Of a stretch of 64,000 bases of DNA, positions 43,643-52,995 are shown piece after piece (position 1 is the stretch's first letter; the number at the start of each line of letters is the position of its first letter). Both the position numbers and the translations under genes were made by a program. Below the pieces are notes generated by a model. That model did not search any database, was not told the DNA's origin, and was given only the letters and a program-made list of their open reading frames with translations. This DNA comes from Anaeromyxobacter sp. (lineage in GTDB: Bacteria; Myxococcota; Myxococcia; Myxococcales; Anaeromyxobacteraceae), in contig JASGJN010000004.1 in assembly GCA_049840735.1 (NCBI GenBank), forward strand, positions 185,184 through 249,183. Reading direction: 5' to 3'.

Positions 43643-45875
43643 TCACTTGAGCACCCAGCGTAGGCGGCGGTCTGGATCGCCTGGCAGGGAGAGGCGCATG
43701 CGGGTGACATCGCGGAGGAAGACGCGGAGCGCGTCGCGCTCGGAGTCGTTGGCCGCCGGCATCAGCGTCACGGTGACCGCCCGCGCGGACGTGCGAACGG
43801 TACCCGGTGCGCTGAACAGGGTGGCGAGCAGCTTCTTCACCTCGCGGGGCCGGGTGAGCTCTGGCGCGAGCTTCACCGCGAGGTCGGCTTCCGCGTTGGC
43901 CAGGGCGATGCGCAGCGTGTCCAGGACGTTCTTGTAGCCCTGGTCGTGGCGACGGAGCTTGCCGGCCAGCGGCGTGTCGCTCACCTTCGCCACGCTGGGC
44001 ACGCCGGGCGCGCTGGGCCGATCAGGTCCCGGCTGCCGGTCCATGGCCCGGTTCGGCGTCCTGGCCTCGCGTGGGCCGCGCTCCGGATCGTCCTCGGGCG
44101 CCCGGACCCACCGCCGCCACGCCTCGCCTTCGGCGGTGTGCGAGAGCTTGAGGAGCCGATCGAGCCGACGCCGCGCCGGGTTGGGGATCAGCGCGTCGGG
44201 CGGATAACTCCTCCACCCTGCGGCCATCGAGGTGGTTGATGCCCCACCGCTCGACTTCGTACTTGAGCTGGTTCTCCCCTGCCGACCCCAGCGCGCCACC
44301 AGGCCGCGGATGAGCGTCGCCGCCCGGGAGCTCGGACACGGCGAGCACGTTCACCTGCGCCCCGTCCTCGGTGAGCATCGCGATGCGCCGCACCCGGCCA
44401 CGCTCGCGACCCAGGATCTTCTTGCGGGCGCCTCCGCGTTAGGAGATCCGGATCGGGCGCCGCGGGTCGCTGGCCAGCGTGATGGTGAGCGACTCCGGGA
44501 ACTCGGTGGCGCCGATCTCGCGGTACGGCTTCCGCTCGTAGGTGACGAACTCGGCCCCCGCGTCGCGCAGCCCCGCCATCATATCTGGGTAGGCGCCGCC
44601 CCGGTCGAACACCAGCACCGGCTTCACCTCCTCGCCCAGCGCCAGGTCCGCGAACTCCACCACCGGCATGAGCCACGCGCAGAGCGAGTCGTGCGAGGTG
44701 GTCGAGAGCCGGAACAGCGGGCAGCCCTCCTCGTCGTGCACGTAGTAGTCCGTCGTCCCCGGCACCGCGCACTTGTCCTGCATCCGCCAGCCCTTGCGGA
44801 TGACGTGCTTCCCCCGTGTACGGCCGACAGGTGGTTGTCGCCACGTACAGCCAGACCCGGTCGCTCGCCCTCGCCAGTCCGGGCCAAGAGGCGCGTCGCC
44901 ATGAGCCCAGGGAACGTCTCGTTTGCAAGATCGGCGAAGTCGTGCAGCACCCTCCGCGCCCAGCTCGCCGAGAGGCCGTCGCGGTGGCGCAGCAGCGTGC
45001 CCACGGCTCGGCGTCTCCCAGCCGCCGGATGCCCTCGACCGAGCCCTCTCCCAGCGCCAGCGAGATGGCGACGGCGTCGAGCGCCGGCCGCAGCGAGGTC
45101 AGCGGCACGTCCCCTCGCTCTCCCGCCGCCACGTCGTAGAACCCCATCCGCTCCAGCATGCCGAGCAGGAGCCACGACCCGACGTGCTGCACCACCGCGC
45201 CGCGGGCAGGCGCCACCGCCTCCAGCGTCGGCTCCGCGGCCTCCGCCTCCGACTCCTCCGACTCCTCCGGCACCGCGGCCGGCGCAGGCGCGGCAGCGCT
45301 CGCCGCCTCGTCCCGCGCCGTCTCTGCCACGCACCCGCCGAACGCGAGCGCCGACTGGCTCGCCGCCGGCTCAGGGACCACCGAAAGCATCCCCTTCCCC
45401 AGGCGCTGCCGCTGCCAGTCCTGGTGAACCGCGTACACCGTGCCGTAGCTCGCCTTCTTCGCCACCGCCTGGTGCGCCGCGCGCGCCCCCAAGCCCTTTA
45501 TCGAACAGCTCTCCCCCAGCCGGCTTCTCCAGCGCTGGCGTCCGGACCCGCCTCCCGCCGTGCCTCCCGTGGTCGGCCACCGCGCGTAGCCCGCCTTCGT
45601 TGAACCGCGTGACCACCCGGCCCACCGTCGCCGGCGACACCCGGAACGCCCGCGCCAGCTCCTCTCGCTCGGCCTGATCCCTCACCACCGCGATGAAGAC
45701 GTCCCGGGTCCCCACGTCCTCCGCGGCGTACACGCCCAGGAGCTCGCCGCGCACGAACACGGCGTAGGTGCCGTACGTCATGCTGCTCGACGCACCCGCC
45801 GCGACCGAACCAGATCCGCCTCGGCTCCGTCTCCGCCACGCCCGCCAGCATCGCACCGCTCGCCGTCGCGATCAT
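43643..45875 (-). pseudogene. Frameshifted DDE-type transposase with N-terminal HTH (family unassigned)
   Basis: LARAFRVSPATVGR; RKGWRMQDK...TDYYVHD; LVFDRGGAY; ENQLKY...WGINHLDGR; IPNPARRR spread over several frames. Confidence 0.7.
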
Positions 45876-46039
45876 CGACTACCATCGTCCCACCGACGGC
45901 CCTTCGCCCATAGCTCCGGGCTTGTCCCATCCCCACCTGGATCTCGGGCCGTTCATCCCCGCCGAATCCCGCTCACGCGAGTTGACTGTGCGTCGCTCGC
46001 GCAACCCGCGGAACTCGATCGGTCTGCTCGGGCGGGACA

Positions 46040-46174
46040 CGGCCAGGTCCGAACTCTGGAGCCCGCTCGCCCTCCACTCCGCCACCCGCTTCGCCCAGAT
46101 CTCCCGACTCGACATGCGGGCGAGTCTGCGGCGAGGCGGCGCCTCGCGCTACCCGGGGTCGGTGCAGCGGTTAC
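46040..46174 (-). mobile_element. IS66 left end plus TnpA start
   Basis: GTAACCGC terminus; MSSREIWAKRVAEWRASGL. Confidence 0.65.
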
Positions 46175-46295
46175 TCACTACGGGGCGCGGCGAGGACTTA
46201 CCAGTTTCCGGCCAGCCGCACCCACGCACCGCCGGTGCCCCGGCCGCGGTGATGCCGATGGAAGTGGGCTCACACGAGACCGGTGGCGACACAGC

Positions 46296-46358
46296 AAGCC
46301 TGCTGGGCCCGCCCGCGGCCTGCACATCCGAAAGCGTAATGTAGAATGACGCGACCCT
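46296..46358 (+). repeat. Junction motif copy 2
   Basis: aagcctgctgggcccgcccgcggcctgcacatccgaaagcgtaatgtagaatgacgcgaccct. Confidence 0.9.
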
Positions 46359-46993
46359 CCCGCTTTGAGGCTGGGGGCCAGCAGCAAGGGAGCGCGCGCC
46401 TCGCGGCACACCTGCTCCGGCGTCCAGCGCAGGAGGTCCGCGGCGCAGTCCACCACCCTGCGGGCCGCGTGCGCTAGCAGGTTCAGCGTATCCTCGACCC
46501 GGCCGGCCCCCTCCAGCGGCGCCGAGTCGATGGCCACGCGCAGCGTCTTGGGCAGCTTCTTCCAGTCGAACTCCTTGGTGGCCCTCGCCAACTCGACCGT
46601 GCGGTCGAGCAGCCGCCGGTCCATATCGTGGGCGATCAGACGCTCCCTGAAGGCCTGCAATGCACCCTGGGAGAACGGCGGCTCCGTGGCGCCCAGGCAG
46701 CCGAGCACCATCTGCCACCGCAGGGCCATGACCGCCGCCTCGACCGCGTCCGCGTCCGAGAGGCCCAGGTATCCCTGCAGCAGCAACGCCATCGCGAGCT
46801 GGGCCGGTGGCCGGGGATCTGACCCGGCGCCGGTGTCCCGGTACATCGTCTCCCGCTCGCCCTGGAACTGATCGTCAAACAACTCGTGCCGGTGCCTGCG
46901 CAGGAACCCGAAGAGCTTTCGCTTGGTCTCGAGCCGCTTGAGGATGAACTGCTCCTGCTTCGTCGGCTCCCGATTCGGCTTCCACCGCTCCAT
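46359..46993 (-). pseudogene. IS1182/IS5-like transposase, 3'-truncated
   Basis: PPAQLAMALLLQGYLGLSD, RWQMVLG, FRERL, VAIDSAPLEGAGRVEDT; runs into the junction motif. Confidence 0.8.
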
Positions 46994-47116
46994 CCCCGCC
47001 GCCTCCCGCGCGGGCGACAGCCCCCGCGGCGCGCAGAAGTTCACGGCCGCATGGGGGCTGTCGATCCTCGGCGCGTAAGCGATGGGAATCAGGGGCGCTC
47101 CAAGCCGATCGGCGCT

Positions 47117-47572
47117 CTAAGCGTTAGGCCTCCCCAATACGGTCTGCCTATACACAAACATCCTGACAAGCACAATAACAATTAGACCCATTACCAGCCA
47201 CACCGCCAAACGACCCCGATTCGGCAGGAAAAGCTCACGCAATGGCTCACCAGTCGCCCAGGAATCACCCCAACACGTCGCGTACTCCTCAACCACGCAT
47301 CTCGCCGCCAATATCCCCACAGCAACAAACGTCGCGAGACTAAGCCACCATCGGCGCGCGATCGTCACAGCCAACACGAAGTAGACCGCCGCCGGCAGAC
47401 ACGCAAATAGCGAGACATCAAGGTAGATGCTCGCGTCCGAAAGTTCGATCCGGGCAGCGTCGCGGGATCGATAGCGCGAGAAGACCGCCCCCGTGAAGCG
47501 CCGCATCGACAGACGACAGAAAGAGGCTGCACAGAAGAACAATCGCCCCTCCACCAACGCCGGCCGCCGCAC
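47117..47572 (-). CDS. Low-GC membrane hypothetical protein, candidate orphan immunity gene
   Basis: Three hydrophobic segments; atypical composition; start uncertain. Confidence 0.4.
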   Translation of the reverse strand: MRRPALVEGRLFFCAASFCRLSMRRFTGAVFSRYRSRDAARIELSDASIYLDVSLFACLPAAVYFVLAVTIARRWWLSLATFVAVGILAARCVVEEYATCWGDSWATGEPLRELFLPNRGRLAVWLVMGLIVIVLVRMFVYRQTVLGRPNA

Positions 47573-48165
47573 AACGTCCGCCCCAACCGGTTAAGCGCCC
47601 CGTGGACATTCCCATCCGGCCTCCCAACCCGCACGAACTCTGCGGAGACCCTGAATTGCAGAGAGACTATACGAACAGCCACCCACCAAGCGAACAGCCC
47701 CGCCTCACTCACAGAACATCTGCCACGATCAGCGGCTGCAACTGGACGATAACCGCCCCCCCCCGTCTAGCGAGTTAGTGCGAAGGCCCTTCAGAGCGGT
47801 CCGCGCGTCGCCACCACACATTCAGGCCACATCGGCCTTGGGGCGGGAAGAGCGCGCTCCCACGCCACGTCCGACACCCCTCGATCGCTGCCAAGCCCAT
47901 CGGTCGAACGCCAGCGGCATTCGTCCACGCTCACGCGCCAGCACTTCCGAGCGCGATCTTCCCTCGCATCACCAGGAACGCTTGCGCCTCGTCGCCCATG
48001 GCCCCCATGACCCCTTGCGGCTTCCGCAGCTGATGAGGGCTGATTGGTCCCTTCTGGCGCAGGACTCGGCAAAGCATTCGGTCGGAACACCCACCAACCG
48101 GCGGGCTTATCTTCCGGCGAACCACCAAGCGCAGGAAGATAGGTCGCTCCCTCCGGGTTCCAGGC

Positions 48166-48648
48166 CAGACCCGATCCGCGCTGATGCGTGTTGAGCTTCG
48201 CCACCATCGCGGCGCCGCTCTCGCAGCGACGGGACGTACGTCGCCCAGCGGCGTCGCCGCGGGACGGGTCATGCTGTCTGCGCGCAATGAAGAAGGGGCG
48301 CCGGCTGCGAGGAGGGACATCTTCACCTCACGACGCCGTCGCGCTCCTCCACGAGGCCGCGCTCCGGCGGCATGCGCGACCGTTCGACCGCCTCGCCACC
48401 GGCTGCTTCCGCGAGGCCGCTCGCCGCAAGCGCAAGCTCGTCGAGCGCGACCTCCTGCCCCGGGTCCTCGACCGTGACGGCCTGGAGCGCGACGGGTGAC
48501 GTCTCCGCGGCTCGGCTGGCTCAGGCCATCACGGCCGTGCGCGGAACCCGCTCACCGGCGCGGTGGACACCAGCCAGCCGGGCCGCAGTTCCATCAACCA
48601 GCTTGCGCGGCAACACCAGCGAGATCGGGTCAGCGGGAATCAGGTCTG
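48166..48648 (-). mobile_element. Non-autonomous ISAs1 derivative (MITE-like, ~483 bp)
   Basis: 48166-48305 matches the IS right end 42660-42798 inverted; 48627-48648 equals the left TIR. Confidence 0.75.
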
Positions 48649-48701
48649 GCCCGCCCGCGGCCTGAATATCCGAAAGTGTAATGTAGGATGACGCGACCCC
48701 T
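48649..48701 (+). repeat. Junction motif copy 3 (5' clipped by ISAs1 TIR)
   Basis: gcccgcccgcggcctgaatatccgaaagtgtaatgtaggatgacgcgacccct. Confidence 0.9.
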
Positions 48702-50118
48702 ACCCCACTTACGTAGAACGCGCCGCGGTACTCGATGGCGGCCGTCCGGAGCCCGGCAGAGTCGTAGCGGTACTCCGTCACCCGCCCTCGGCGCTGAGCA
48801 CGAACCGGAGCAGGCCGCGCTGGGCAGCGTCGCGGACGTAGCGGGTGGTGAGCGGCTGGGTGGCACCGGCGCCGGCGTGGGCCGACTCGGTGAGGAGCTG
48901 GTTGCGCGCGTCGTAGGTGCGCTCCAGCGTGTTGCCCGCCGCGTCCACCTGCCGGAGCAGGTTGCCGCTGGCGTCGTAGGTCATGGCCACCGTGCGGCCC
49001 AGGCCATCGACGATGGAGGCCACGTCGCCGAGCGCCGTGTAGGCGTAGTCGAGCCGCGTGCGGCCGGCCGGGTTGCCGGCGGTGACCCCGCTCCGGACCT
49101 GCGTCAGCTGCCCCTTGGCGTCGTGCTGGTAGACCGTGGCGACGCCCAGCGGGTCGGTGACGGTGGTCCTGCCGGCCGCGGCGTCGTAGGCGAACTGGGT
49201 CACCTTCCCTTCACCGTCGGTGACCGAGGCGACCTTGTAGAGGCCGTCCAGCAGCACGTAGGTGAAGCTGAGCGTGGTGCCGTCGCCCTGGGTGAGGCCG
49301 GCGACGCGGTTGCTGGTGCCGTCGTAGGCGTAGGTCGTCTTGAAGACCGTCCCCGTCTCGCCCGCCGCCACCGCAGCCAGGCTGCGCGGATTCAGGACCA
49401 CGCTGACCGACTCGAGCCGGTTGAGCGCGTCGTAGCCGTAGGAGACGTCCAGGACCGTGAGCGCGCCATCGATCGAGAGCACCGTGCGGACCTCGAGCAG
49501 GTTGCGCCCGCTCGGCCCACCGTAGGTGAAGGTGATCGACTCCCCGCTGGCGCTGCTGATGCGCGTGAGCAGGTTGGAGGCGTCGTAGCCGTAGGTGAGC
49601 GCGTTCCCGCTCGCGTCCACCGAGGTCAGGATCCGCCCGAAGCTCCCCGCCTGGTAGGTCTCACGCCCGCCCGAGGCGCCGTCCGTCCAGGTGTAGGTCC
49701 CGTCCGCATTGACGACGATGGCATCGCGCGCCGAGCCCGCCGTGACCGAGGCCAGGTAGGCCTGCCGGGTCGCGTCCCAGGGATAGTCGCAGAACGAGCC
49801 GTCCGCGTCATGCCGCCGCAGCTTCCCGCCGCCCAGGTCCTCGATGGCCCGCGTCGGCGCGCCCTGCCAGCCGTCGGCGTTGCCGTCGAAGTCGTAGCCT
49901 CCCTGGCTGTTGTAGGTGCGCAGCGCCGCCGCATCCGGCCCCCGCCCCGCCAGCAGCACGTCGGCGCGCTGCAGGACCAGGTTGCCGGTGAACGCGTTGA
50001 CGTAGGCCCGCTCGCCGCCCTGCCCCTGTGTCGCCGAGCCCGACTGCCCCCGCAGACCGAGCGCGGAGAGCGAGCTGAGGTAGAGGCCGAGCGAATTCCC
50101 CGAGAACACCGCGACCAT
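48702..50118 (-). pseudogene. Orphan N-terminal fragment of a giant YD-repeat protein
   Basis: MVAVFSGNSLGL...YVNAFTGNLVLQ...RTYNSQG then YD repeats; -1 slip at ~48782; ends in the junction motif. Confidence 0.85.
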
Positions 50119-50312
50119 GCGTCACCCGTAGCCACCGCGCGCGGACGGGTCCGCCAGGTCAGGTCTGGCGGGCGGTCACGGGTGGTATGGGTTATCCGCG
50201 GGGTGGAGAGGGAGTTAAGCGAATGCCCCATCAGGGGTGTCACGGCTGGCTCCCTGCGAGTTCTCGCCCCAGGCGGGGAGCGCCTGCACGAGGGGCGTCG
50301 CCTTGTCCCAGG

Positions 50313-50376
50313 AAGCCTGCTGGGCCCGCCCGCGGCCTGCATATCCGAAAGTGTAATGTAGGATGACGCGACCCCT
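50313..50376 (+). repeat. Junction motif copy 4
   Basis: aagcctgctgggcccgcccgcggcctgcatatccgaaagtgtaatgtaggatgacgcgacccct. Confidence 0.9.
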
Positions 50377-51645
50377 CCCCCCCCGGTGGTGCGGGTCGAG
50401 CAGTTCGACCCCCCATCCTCGGAGGAAGCTCGTCGCGGATGGGAAGGCCGAGCGGTTCGGGTTCGAGTCGAGAGCCCCCCGAAAGGTGGCCCTGGCAGCG
50501 CGGCGGCGCGCGCGTGCTCGAGCACGCCCGGGCGAAGTACCGGGTGGTCGACCCGAACGGCGACTCGATGATCGAGACGACGCCGATGCCGCCCGAAGTG
50601 CTTCCCGCGCTCGCTGGCGGCGCCATCGCTCCTGGCGCACATCCTCACCGACAAGTTCTGCGACGGGCTCCCCGCTCCACCGCATCGAGAACCGGCTCGC
50701 CCGGGAGGGCTTCCACCTCCGACCGCGGGACGATGAGCCGGTGGGTCGAGGACGCGGGGGCGACCGCTGGCGCGACGGTGGATCGAGGCCGCGCGCGACG
50801 AGGCGTGGCGCACCGCCTTCTGGTCATCGCCACCGGAAAGACGCGACCCGGGATCCCCGGGTCCAGCCCGGAGGCCGCGCGAGGGACGGCAAGCACCAGC
50901 CCTGCCACCGGGGCCACTACTTCGTCCAAATCGCCGACCGCGATCACATCTTCTTCGAGTACGCGCGCAAGGAGACCAGCGCGACGCTGCTGGAGATGTT
51001 CGAGGGGTATTCGGGGTACATCCAGGCAGACGCCAAGAGCGTCTACGACGTGCTCTTCCGCGAGCCGGGACCAAGCCGCCCGAGGACGGCGAGGTGGGAC
51101 ACTTCCGGGTCGAGCGTTCGGACTGCTGGTCCCCCAACAACGCGCGACGGGAAGTTCTGGGAGGCAACCTGCACGAAGAGCGAGGTCGCCCGCGAGGGAT
51201 TGGCGCGCATCGGGTACGTGTTCGCGCTCGATGCACTTCTGGCGAAATGATCCGGCCCGGAGACCATCCTGCGCCAGCGTAGTCAGCGCCTGCGCGTGCA
51301 CCTGGTCGACTTCTTCGCCTGGGCCGAGGCGGAGTACGAGCGCGTCCGCGATCAGCGCGGGCTCGTTCCGCTCGGCGCTCCGGCTACGCCGTCCGGCAGA
51401 AGGACGCGCTCATGCGCGTGCTCGAGGACGGGCGGCTACCAGCTCGAGAACAACCGTCTCGGAGCGGCGAGCTGCGCAGGGTCGCCGTCGGCAGGAAGAG
51501 CTGGCTCTTCGTCGGCAGCCACGACCACGGCGAGGCCGCCGGCCACATCCTGTCCCTCGTCGCCTCGGCCCGGCTGCACCGGCTCGACCCCGAGGCCTAC
51601 CTGCGCGCACCTCTTCCGCGTCCTGGCCCACTGGCCGCGCGACCG
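50377..51645 (+). pseudogene. IS66 TnpC, 5'-truncated and frameshifted
   Basis: PLHRIE, RGTMSRW, YSGYIQADAKSVYD, LRRVAVGRKSWLFVGS, LDPEAYL. Confidence 0.85.
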
Positions 51646-51727
51646 CAGAGGCGAGCGGGGCGTCATCTTCCCGTACGGCACCTACCTGATGCGCGTCCGG
51701 TTCGGGGCGGCCTGCGGCGGCGGCTGA
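51645..51727 (+). pseudogene. Possible C-terminal tip of a Y1/RAYT-like HUH transposase
   Basis: RRGERGVIFPYGTYLMRVRFGAACGGG* resembles the FP.GTY.M tail recalled from myxobacterial REP-associated tyrosine transposases; very short. Confidence 0.4.
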
Positions 51728-51943
51728 CGCTCGCCGGGAAGTCCGTTGAGGAAAGCGCGTCGCCCGCCCGCTACGCGGCGGGCCCTCGCACGCCAGCGGA
51801 CGCGGTGCGCGTCCCGGCACAGGTGATGGGCGCTGGCCGTGGACGTCTCTGGCGTCCCTGGCGGTGCCGCATTGCCGCGTTTCCGGACCCGGACCCGGGT
51901 ATCCCCACCGCTCTCCACATCCGGAGACGCGATCGCTTGCAGC

Positions 51944-52159
51944 GGAGGGAGCGAGCTATCAGCTTCGGGGCCTCCCCGGGCCCGAAATCCGACCGGCCGC
52001 TCCGCGGACCTCTGGGTCGGGGCGCTGCCGCAGGCTGACAGGCGGCTGGCCAGGGCCTCTTCGCGGCGTAGCACGCCGCCCTGGAGATGCCGAACGCCTC
52101 GCAGGGCCTATCCGGCTGGACATCCGGTCGGCCGCGCCGCGGACCTCTGGGTCGGGGCG
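51944..52159 (+). repeat. Two direct copies of the island repeat flanking an IS3 OrfB-like scrap
   Basis: ggccgc(t/g)ccgcggacctctgggtcggggcg at ~51995 and 52130; minus strand between them reads CEAFGISRAACYAAKR. Confidence 0.65.
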
Positions 52160-52222
52160 CGGGGCTGGCGGGCGGCAACTCGTCGGCGGTAGCTCGTCGT
52201 CAGACGCGGCCTCGTGTCGGCC

Positions 52223-52927
52223 CTATGAATCGTCCAGCAGGTGCTTCGCTTCCAGCGCCCTCTTCAGGCTCTTTAGCCCTGCCAGGGTCACAGGGTCATT
52301 CGCGACGGGTAGGTGGCCCCGGGGCTGAATGAAGACGCCCTCCGCATCCGGCTCGCAAACAAAGCCTTCAGGAAGAGATTCGATAGCCGGTGCCTTTCGG
52401 ATATACGTCAGATAGCCGACAGCCCGGGTATCGAGGGCAGATATCAGCGATAGCGTGGTGACAGCGCCACCGTCAGCACGCCAATGCTTGACGCTGGCCT
52501 TGAATGCGCGAGCCACCGCTTCCAGCCCCGGCTCCCCGCCGACATACTCGATCTCCGCCATACTCGCGCCGCCATCGGCGGCGAAGATACTTATCATCCT
52601 CGCCGCATCCGACTCGGCAGCCGCGTCGGACAGCATGTTCGTGAACGCCATGGGCGCCGTAGTCATGGGATGAAACCGGTCGCCCGAGCCCTCCGGATGA
52701 CAGAAGGCCCATTCAGGAGGCTGCCCCTCGGCGAGCAGGGATCCGAACCCGCCACGGTCAAACGGCAGCCGCGCCCACGACCCCTTCGACTTGATCCGCA
52801 CAAACGCGACGTCCTGAAACTCCGGCAGGCCAAGGTATCCCGAAACCCAGGCCGCGTACTCGCCCCATCGAACAGGCCGATCGCGCCACCAGACCATCGC
52901 TCGAACGACATCCAGGTACTCAGTCAT
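52223..52927 (-). CDS. Immunity protein, Imm52-like
   Basis: Directly downstream of the toxin tip; lower GC; WWRDRP N-terminus and AVGYLTY...LPEG...GVFI C-terminus. Confidence 0.65.
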   Translation of the reverse strand: MTEYLDVVRAMVWWRDRPVRWGEYAAWVSGYLGLPEFQDVAFVRIKSKGSWARLPFDRGGFGSLLAEGQPPEWAFCHPEGSGDRFHPMTTAPMAFTNMLSDAAAESDAARMISIFAADGGASMAEIEYVGGEPGLEAVARAFKASVKHWRADGGAVTTLSLISALDTRAVGYLTYIRKAPAIESLPEGFVCEPDAEGVFIQPRGHLPVANDPVTLAGLKSLKRALEAKHLLDDS

Positions 52928-52995
52928 CCCTAGAGGCTCCAGATCTGAACGAACAACGCGGCGAGGGGCGGGAGAAGCAACTGGACGACAACTAT

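Noticed and set aside
47110..47135. Integron attC site (gene ends in GCCTAAC)
   Set aside because: No matching GTTRRRY arm or hairpin, no integrase and no cassette array
46296..50376. CRISPR array interpretation of the recurring motif
   Set aside because: Copies are kilobases apart with gene-sized intervals; no cas genes in the window
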